DNA of 52,012 nt. Source: an uncultured Bacteroidota bacterium (GTDB taxonomy: Bacteria; Bacteroidota; Bacteroidia; Chitinophagales; UBA8649). This document shows positions 46,152 to 52,012 of this stretch, in pieces (position 1 is the first letter of the stretch; each line of letters opens with the position of its first letter). The notes under the pieces were generated by a model. It saw only the letters and a list, made by a program, of their open reading frames with translations. It searched no databases and was not told the DNA's origin. The stretch covers positions 1 through 52,012 of the forward strand of contig CAKZQD010000137.1 in assembly GCA_937139485.1 (NCBI GenBank), written 5' to 3'. The position numbers and the translations under genes are program-made.

Positions 46152-46171
46152 AAATTCAAGATCTTGAATTT
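46152..46171. repeat. Perfect 20-nt palindrome AAATTCAAGATCTTGAATTT
   Basis: Self-complementary on inspection. It lies 43 nt after the nitroreductase stop and is followed by TCTT, so it may be a weak terminator. Confidence 0.5.
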
Positions 46172-46252
46172 TCTTAATGGTATAAATAATAAGACTATCC
46201 ATTAAAGCCACAAACTATTGATTTGAATAGAATTTTCACATTAACAGGCTAC

Positions 46253-46377
46253 CGTCATTCCAAAAAATTGAGGAGGCACGAAGCAATTTATTTGGAATCT
46301 TTCACATTTTTTTAAGCTTTTAGCATTTCTATTAGATTCTGAATATTTTTTCGTACCTCAAAAATTTCAGAATGACG
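46253..46377. repeat. Imperfect palindromic element of about 125 bp with CGTCATTC / GAATGACG termini
   Basis: The 8-bp termini are perfectly inverted. Internal arms share TTGAGG, ACGAA and GAATC blocks in mirror order. No flanking duplication was seen. Confidence 0.4.
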
Positions 46378-46438
46378 TCCCAAATATAACAATGTTAACA
46401 CTCTGTGGTTAATATGGGTAATCCTATTAATAAATTAC

Positions 46439-46612
46439 AATGACTGTTCGTTAAAATACAGTAAGTCAAAATTTGCTAAGAATGTTTCTCCCTTGAGGGA
46501 GATAAGAGGGTGATTCTCTGATATTTTCACCCATCTACTTCCCTCAAGGGAAGAACAGGACTCGCAAAATATAATCCGAATATTTTTTCTATAAATAAGC
46601 AGACTGTCATTT
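46439..46612. mobile_element. MITE-like palindromic element, copy 2
   Basis: Same orientation as copy 1. The central stretch of about 110 nt is roughly 90% identical to copy 1 (TACAGTAAGTC...TTCTCCCTTGAGGGAGATAAGAGGGTGATTCT...CACCCATCTACTTCCCTCAAGGGAAGAACA.GACTCGCAAAA). Flanked by TAAATTAC (46431..46438) and TAAATCAC (46613..46620). Confidence 0.7.
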
Positions 46613-46615
46613 AAA

Positions 46616-47017
46616 TCACTTAATCTCTTGGCACAATTCCACCAACATTCCACCTGTTGTTTTTGGGTGAAAAAACATCACTAATTTATTATCTGCACCT
46701 TTTTTTGGTTTTTCCATAAGCGGTTTAAAACCTTCAGAAATAAGCCTTTTTGTTTCAAACTCAATATCACTTACCGAAAAAGCAATATGGTGAAAACCTT
46801 CGCCTTTTTTTTCGATAAATTTATGAATAGCACTGTCTTTGCTAGTAGCTTGTAAAAGTTCTATTTTACTTTGTCCTATTTTAAAAAAAGAAGTCATTAC
46901 GTTTTCAGACACAACTTCTTCTTTTTTATAGCTAGAAACACCTAATAATTTTTCATAAATAGCATTTGAAGCCTCCAAATCTTTTACGGCTATTCCTATG
47001 TGTTCTATTTTTTTCAT
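46616..47017 (-). CDS. mce: Methylmalonyl-CoA epimerase (VOC family)
   Basis: 133 aa. IEHIGIAVKDLE ... GEGFHHIAFSV ... MFFHPKTTGGMLVEL. Confidence 0.8.
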   Translation of the reverse strand: MKKIEHIGIAVKDLEASNAIYEKLLGVSSYKKEEVVSENVMTSFFKIGQSKIELLQATSKDSAIHKFIEKKGEGFHHIAFSVSDIEFETKRLISEGFKPLMEKPKKGADNKLVMFFHPKTTGGMLVELCQEIK

Positions 47018-47149
47018 AAAGTAAATATAAACAATCTTTCAAACATTTTTCTTTAAAAATTGACAGTTAAAAAAATACTGTTTTTAAAAAAAACAAGCCT
47101 TATTATAGCTTGAAAATAAATTAAACTATTTTTACAAAAAATTAAACAA

Positions 47150-48271
47150 ATGAGAGAATATATAGCCAAGACACAGTTTGGTTTAGAAAATATTTTAGAA
47201 AAGGAATTGAAACAGCTTGGAGCTAAAAATACTGAGGTGCTAAGTAGAGCCGTTAGTTTTGAAGCAGACAAAGAAACACTTTATAGAATTCATCTTTGGT
47301 CTAGCTTGGTAATTCGTGTTATAGAACCAGTTTATAAATTTAAGGCGCAAGACACAGACACGCTTTATGAATCTATAAAAGAAGTAGACTGGACAATGAT
47401 AATGGACATCAATGATACTTTTAAAATTGATTCTGTTGTGTATTCATCTTTTTTTAAGCATTCGCAGTTTGCTGGTTTAAGAATGAAAGACGCTATTTGC
47501 GATTTTTTTAGAGAAGAAACTGGCGGTCAAAGACCAAGCGTAGATGTAAGAAAACCAAACTTTACTTTTGTGCTAAATATTTGGGAAGACGAAGTTCAGC
47601 TATCTATAGATTTAACTGGCGACCCGCTTTTTAAAAGAAGATACAGAAGCCAAGGTAGCGAAGCACCTTTGAATGAAATATTGGCAGCAGGAATTTTAGA
47701 ATTGACAAATTGGGATAAAAAAATGCCTTTCTTAGACGGAATGTGTGGTTCGAGTACTTTAGTAATAGAAGCACTTTTTAAAGCTACAAACACGGCTCCT
47801 TCTATAGAAAGAAAAAACTATGCTTTTATGTTTCAGCCAGATTTTGATTCTAAACTTTGGTACAGCCTTTTAGACGAAGCAAAAGAAACCCGTACAGAAG
47901 ATTACCCAAACATAAAAGGAATAGAAATAGATGCAGAAACTTATGCAACAGCAAAAGAAAATATAGTAAGAGCAGGTTTTAAACCTTTGTTTCATTTAGA
48001 AAATGGAGATTTTTTTAAATATAAACCAAAAGAAAAAGAAGGCATTTTGGTAATGAATCCGCCTTATGATGTTCGTTTAAAAAGCACTAACATTAAGAAA
48101 TTATATAAAGAAATTGGAGATCATTTAAAAAAGAACTTTAAAGGCTGGACGGCTTATATTTTTTCTGGAAACGAAGAGGCAAGAAAAAGTATTGGATTAA
48201 AACCAGCAGAAAAAATAAAACTATATAACGGTAAAATAGAGTGTAGATTACTGAAATTTGAATTGTACTAG
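47150..48271 (+). CDS. THUMP-domain class I SAM-dependent RNA methyltransferase (RlmL/COG0116-like)
   Basis: 373 aa. THUMP-like N-terminal half, DGMCGSSTL and the NPPY motif (VMNPPYD). Confidence 0.8.
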   Translation: MREYIAKTQFGLENILEKELKQLGAKNTEVLSRAVSFEADKETLYRIHLWSSLVIRVIEPVYKFKAQDTDTLYESIKEVDWTMIMDINDTFKIDSVVYSSFFKHSQFAGLRMKDAICDFFREETGGQRPSVDVRKPNFTFVLNIWEDEVQLSIDLTGDPLFKRRYRSQGSEAPLNEILAAGILELTNWDKKMPFLDGMCGSSTLVIEALFKATNTAPSIERKNYAFMFQPDFDSKLWYSLLDEAKETRTEDYPNIKGIEIDAETYATAKENIVRAGFKPLFHLENGDFFKYKPKEKEGILVMNPPYDVRLKSTNIKKLYKEIGDHLKKNFKGWTAYIFSGNEEARKSIGLKPAEKIKLYNGKIECRLLKFELY

Positions 48272-48391
48272 ATGATTTAAATCATATTTTTGTAATATGG
48301 ATTAAGTAATTTTGTAGAGATTTAAGAAACCACTTTTTTAAACAAACAAAAGTAAAATTTCTGCGCAGGCAGCAAAAAAAACAATATAAAT

Positions 48392-49450
48392 ATGAAAGAC
48401 GAAGACTACAAAGGAGTATACTACAGCGAATATTTACAATTAGATAAAATTTTAGATGCACAAGCACCAGAAAGTGCAAAAAAAGGTGAAGAAGCACACG
48501 ATGAAATGCTGTTTATAATCATACACCAATCTTACGAACTTTGGTTTAAACAAATATTGCACGAAGTAGGTTCTGTAATGACTTTTTTTGAAAAAACGAA
48601 AATAGATGATAGCTCTCCAGATTTGGCACAGGCAGTTCATAGACTAGAGCGTGTAGTTACCATTCTTACAGCTTTGGTAAAGCAAATAGATATTATAGAA
48701 ACACTTACACCACTAGATTTTTTAGACTATAGAGATAATTTGCGCCCAGCATCGGGTTTTCAGAGTATGCAGTTTAAAATATTGGAAGCTTCGCTTGGTT
48801 TACGAATGCCAGAAAGATATGGTAAAAAATATTACACTTCTGCACTCAAAGATTCTGACAGAATCATTATTGAAGAATTAGAGAAAAAGCCAAAATTTAT
48901 AGATTTAATTAATGATTGGCTAGAAAGAATGCCTTTTTGGGAAGACAATAAATATTGGCAAGACTATCAAAGAAAATTTGATTATAATGTAGAAGAAGGC
49001 GTACACGATTTTTGGCAAGATTATCTTTGTACATACAAAGAGAGTTTGGGAGAAAATGAAAAAGACAACATAAAAGGACTTGTTTCGGTTTGTTTTAAAG
49101 ACGATGCCGAAAAAGAAAACAGATTAAGTGCAAAAGCAAGCAGAAATGCTTTGTTTATTTTATTATACAGAGATTATCCTTTATTGCAGGCTCCTTACCA
49201 AGTATTACAAAATTTATTGGATATAGATGAGCAAATGTCGCTATGGCGTTTTAGACACATAAATATGGTGCGCCGTATGATAGGTGGAAGAGTTGGAACT
49301 GGAGGAAGTACAGGAAAAGATTATTTAATGGAAGCATTAAACAAGCATTATATTTTTAAAGAAATAGCAAACCTTACTTCGTTTTTAATAGAAAGAAGAA
49401 GACTGCCAGAACTTTGCCCTAAATTAATAAAGGCAATGAGCTTTGGCTAG
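48392..49450 (+). CDS. kynA: Tryptophan 2,3-dioxygenase
   Basis: 352 aa. HDEMLFIIIHQSYELWFKQILHE ... SGFQS ... WRFRH ... TGGS. Confidence 0.85.
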   Translation: MKDEDYKGVYYSEYLQLDKILDAQAPESAKKGEEAHDEMLFIIIHQSYELWFKQILHEVGSVMTFFEKTKIDDSSPDLAQAVHRLERVVTILTALVKQIDIIETLTPLDFLDYRDNLRPASGFQSMQFKILEASLGLRMPERYGKKYYTSALKDSDRIIIEELEKKPKFIDLINDWLERMPFWEDNKYWQDYQRKFDYNVEEGVHDFWQDYLCTYKESLGENEKDNIKGLVSVCFKDDAEKENRLSAKASRNALFILLYRDYPLLQAPYQVLQNLLDIDEQMSLWRFRHINMVRRMIGGRVGTGGSTGKDYLMEALNKHYIFKEIANLTSFLIERRRLPELCPKLIKAMSFG

Positions 49451-49512
49451 GCTTGAATTGTTTTTTTGAAATTAATGATGGTGTTTTTAGTTAAACAGTC
49501 TTAATTATATTT

Positions 49513-49842
49513 GTGTTTATGAAAACAATAAGCACTAAAATAAAACTAAAACCAAACAGCATTGGCAAAGTTTGGCAATGGTCTAAAGAACTTAATGCAA
49601 GAAAGGAAGAAGTTTTGGAAACGCTAAGAAATGAAACCGTTGTTTTTGAAGCAGCGTTTTTAGACGAAATTTCAGAAACAGAAGCATATCTTATATATGT
49701 AATGCAAATTGAAGATCTAGCACAATGCCAAAAAGCGGTAAAAGAAAGTGTTTTACCAATTGACGTTTATCATCAAAAATTTAAGAAAGAAACTTGGGAT
49801 GGAGGAAAAAAATTGGAGACCTTAATTGCTTTCAATGTTTAA
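49513..49842 (+). CDS. Hypothetical small protein
   Basis: 109-aa ORF with no motif recognised. Its 3' end overlaps the convergent arsC gene by 21 nt. Confidence 0.4.
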   Translation: MFMKTISTKIKLKPNSIGKVWQWSKELNARKEEVLETLRNETVVFEAAFLDEISETEAYLIYVMQIEDLAQCQKAVKESVLPIDVYHQKFKKETWDGGKKLETLIAFNV

Positions 49843-50244
49843 ATTATAAAATCTAAAAAAGTCGACTAGAATTTCATTTCTAATTCGAATAAATTCGCTT
49901 AAAATTTCTTCTTCAGTGCCCGTAACTTCGTCTGGATCTTCAAAACCAATATGTAAGCGATTTTTAACCTTGCCAATAAATGTGGGGCAGCTTTCTTTTG
50001 CGCCGCCACAAACACTTATTACATAGTCGAAACTCATATTTAAGTATTTAGAAACGTTTTCTGGTTTGTTTTTTGAAATATCAATACCAATATCTGCCAT
50101 TGCTTTTATAGCATTTATGTGCACTTGTGAAGCAGGTTTTGTTCCTGCAGAGTAAACTTCCATTTTATTGTTGAAGCTTTTCAAAAAACCTTCTGCCATT
50201 TGACTTCTGCAAGAATTTCCTGTACAAAGTATTAGTATTTTCAT
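49822..50244 (-). CDS. arsC: Thioredoxin-coupled arsenate reductase (LMW-PTP fold)
   Basis: 140 aa. CX5R P-loop LCTGNSCRS plus the Cys pair in VCGGAKESCP. Confidence 0.85.
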   Translation of the reverse strand: MKILILCTGNSCRSQMAEGFLKSFNNKMEVYSAGTKPASQVHINAIKAMADIGIDISKNKPENVSKYLNMSFDYVISVCGGAKESCPTFIGKVKNRLHIGFEDPDEVTGTEEEILSEFIRIRNEILVDFFRFYNLNIESN

Positions 50245-50509
50245 AGTTTTAGCTTGTTTTCAATAGATTTTTTGTGATGTAAAACGTGATAATAAGAAAA
50301 ATAAAGCATTTCTCCTATACTTAATTTACCTATTAATGGGTGCGGAATACGAAAAGTATCTATTTCTTTTCAGAAAAAAGGACAATTTTTGGTTCAAATT
50401 TACTTGGCGACTTTCCTCTTGCTTTCAATTTTGTTTGATAGCTATTGACAATTTCTGCATAATTTCTAGCTTTGTTTTTATTTTTCCAAACAATAATTTC
50501 TTTGAAAAA
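50241..50509 (-). pseudogene. Truncated, frameshifted remnant of a DinB-superfamily-like gene upstream of arsC
   Basis: My own minus-strand translation gives FFKEIIVWKNKNKARNYAEIVNSYQTKLKARGKSPSKFEPKIVLFSEKK-stop. After a 1-nt shift near 50360 it continues KEIDTFRIPHPLIGKLSIGEMLYFSYYHVLHHKKSIENKLKL. There is no start codon in frame. The final TGA overlaps the arsC ATG (ATGA). Confidence 0.35.
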
Positions 50510-50585
50510 TTAGGTAATGACATGTAAGTATTTAGAGGAACAATGCTTTTAACGATGTTACGTACGCAAGTCGCTCAAAACTACT

Positions 50586-50636
50586 GTTCACAAAATAAGG
50601 TTGTTCACGTCACGTGAATTATGTATATTTGTGAAC
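50586..50636. promoter_or_regulatory. Nested palindromic operator-like site with four GTTCAC/GTGAAC half-sites
   Basis: Outer inverted repeat GTTCACAAA (50586..50594) / TTTGTGAAC (50628..50636). Inner 7-1-7 palindrome TTCACGT-C-ACGTGAA (50604..50618). Both are symmetric about 50611 and overlap the annotated start of the downstream gene. Confidence 0.45.
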
Positions 50637-51610
50637 GCATGGAAAAAGATATAATAAATACCACAATTGAAAACTTGCGCAGAGTAGTGGGTATACAAGC
50701 ACATTGGGTAAAAAAAGGGCCACTTGATGGGGAAATCAATTTACAAATAAATGGCATTAATTTAAACTTATTAACAGAAATAAAAAAAGAATTACGAGAA
50801 TATCAATTAGACCAAATTGAAGAAATACACAAAAAATATGATAATATAATCATTATTGCCGAACACATTTTTCCAAAATTAAAAGCACATCTAAGAAAAA
50901 TGGGAATAGCATACATTGAAACAAATGGAAATTTATTTATACAGAATAAAAAAATATTTTGCTTCATTGATACTCAGAAAAAACGTTTTAACAAAAAAAA
51001 CGAGACAAATCGAGCTTTTACAAAAACAGGCTTAAAAGTATTATTTCATTTTTTACAAAAAAAAGAATTAGTAAATAAAACACAAAGAGAAATTGCTCAA
51101 ACCACAGGTGTAGCTTTAGGAAATATTCCGCAAATAATTAACGGCCTTAAAAAAATGGGATATTTAATACCATTAAACCGTAAAAAAAATATTTGGGAAA
51201 ATAGAAAAGAATTATTAGAAATGTGGGTAAATCAATATGCTATTGAATTGAAGCCAAAATTATTAAAAAACAAATACCATCTTAGGGAAGATTGGCAAAA
51301 TATAAATTTAAACACTGAAATAACAGTCTGGGGCGGAGAACCTGCGGCAGATATACTCACCAATTATTTAAGACCTGAAAAACTTACATTATATACAAAA
51401 GAAAATAATGTTAGTCTTATGAAGAATTATAGGTTAATTCCTGATAAAAATGGAGAGCTAGAAGTTTTGGAGATGTTTTGGAATAATATAGAACTTAACA
51501 AAACTGCTCCTCCGTTATTAATTTATGCCGATTTAATTATAGAAGGTGGTAAAAGAAATATAGAAACTGCACAAAAAATATATAATGAATTTATCCAACC
51601 AAACATATAA
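50621..51610 (+). CDS. AbiEi_3-like winged-helix protein (type IV TA antitoxin/regulator family) with no cognate AbiEii
   Basis: 329 aa. HTH segment KTQREIAQTTGVALGNIPQIINGLKKMGYL. C-terminal pattern LKPKLLKNKY...VWGGEPAADILTNYLRPEKLTLYT...LEVLEMFWN, as I recall it for AbiEi_3. The more likely start is the ATG at 50639. Confidence 0.5.
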   Translation: MYICERMEKDIINTTIENLRRVVGIQAHWVKKGPLDGEINLQINGINLNLLTEIKKELREYQLDQIEEIHKKYDNIIIIAEHIFPKLKAHLRKMGIAYIETNGNLFIQNKKIFCFIDTQKKRFNKKNETNRAFTKTGLKVLFHFLQKKELVNKTQREIAQTTGVALGNIPQIINGLKKMGYLIPLNRKKNIWENRKELLEMWVNQYAIELKPKLLKNKYHLREDWQNINLNTEITVWGGEPAADILTNYLRPEKLTLYTKENNVSLMKNYRLIPDKNGELEVLEMFWNNIELNKTAPPLLIYADLIIEGGKRNIETAQKIYNEFIQPNI

Positions 51611-51636
51611 AGAATTATCAATTCCGTATTTTAAAG

Positions 51637-52012
51637 ATGAAAAAATTAAAGCTCAAAAATATATTGAGCTTATATGGGATGATATTATTGTCTTTCCTGT
51701 TAAGTTCAGAATTAGGAGCACAGCATGATACGCTATGTACACAGTTTGGTGATGTAGATTACATAACAGATTTTACTGTTAATTATGGTTCAGTGGCTAA
51801 TACTAAAAATTCTTTGTATCGCAGTGATATCATTATTGGTCAACCCGTATTAAATACTTCAGACCTTGGTTTAGATACTACTACAACTCTGGGTCATTTT
51901 GCTTTATTAAAACAAGCACCGAAATCTCCTTTTCTTTTTGTCAGTCAAGGAGATTATGCAGATCGTGTGCAGCTGAATTGGCAACTAGATTTATTTAGTC
52001 CAGCTGTTGAAG
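51637..52012 (+). CDS. Secreted protein, N-terminal fragment; runs off the window
   Basis: My own translation gives MKKLKLKNILSLYGMILLSFLLSSELGAQHDTLCTQFGDVDYITDF...GDYADRVQLNWQLDLFSPAVE. It has a signal peptide and the frame stays open to the window end. Confidence 0.5.
   Translation, partial: MKKLKLKNILSLYGMILLSFLLSSELGAQHDTLCTQFGDVDYITDFTVNYGSVANTKNSLYRSDIIIGQPVLNTSDLGLDTTTTLGHFALLKQAPKSPFLFVSQGDYADRVQLNWQLDLFSPAVE

Noticed and set aside
46435-46653. 72-aa minus-strand ORF
   Set aside because: It is almost entirely MITE copy 2 and overlaps the 3' end of mce. The equivalent region of MITE copy 1 has no such ORF.
50336-50527. 63-aa plus-strand ORF upstream of arsC
   Set aside because: The opposite strand carries the DinB-like remnant with a coherent C-terminal sequence and an ATGA junction to arsC. 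The plus-strand peptide has no features.
1-52012. Scan of all intergenic gaps for tRNA, rRNA or tmRNA genes, integrases, transposases and cas genes
   Set aside because: No gap contains a GC-rich stretch of about 75 nt with cloverleaf-compatible arms, and no ORF shows recombinase, transposase or Cas motifs. None are reported.

Overview
AT-rich (about 30% GC by eye) chromosomal segment that looks like a Bacteroidota/Flavobacteriia genome. Supporting signs are a GldB-like gliding lipoprotein, a T9SS C-terminal sorting domain, TAnnTTTG -7 boxes and kynurenine-pathway genes. All homology calls come from motifs I recognise in the translations; nothing was searched. About 55 credible protein genes are densely packed, and most are housekeeping: xth, glpD, two SulP transporters, hflX, nadE, a 2-oxoacid dehydrogenase E2, rsgA, aroE, tsaB, mce, kynA, kmo and arsC. 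I found no rRNA, tRNA, CRISPR array, integrase or transposase.

The accessory or unusual content is:
1. A two-gene AAA-ATPase + RloB/Toprim-like module (AbiL-like, split-OLD logic) at 24.5-26.8 kb, after nadE. Its RloB partner carries an unassigned C-terminal domain. This is the best candidate for a defence system in the window.
2. A roughly 175-bp palindromic MITE-like element in two copies (9.7 kb and 46.4 kb). Each copy has 8-bp flanking direct repeats and abuts the stop codon of a minus-strand gene.
3. A 3.2-kb AraC/hydrolase/membrane-protein cassette bracketed by direct repeats of about 113-130 nt that duplicate the last 11 codons of the neighbouring SulP gene. REP-like GC-rich hairpins surround it.
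4. A ParDE toxin-antitoxin islet.
5. An orphan AbiEi_3-like regulator behind a nested palindromic operator, next to a truncated and frameshifted DinB-like remnant.
6. A SulP transporter with an uncharacterised tail of about 200 aa.
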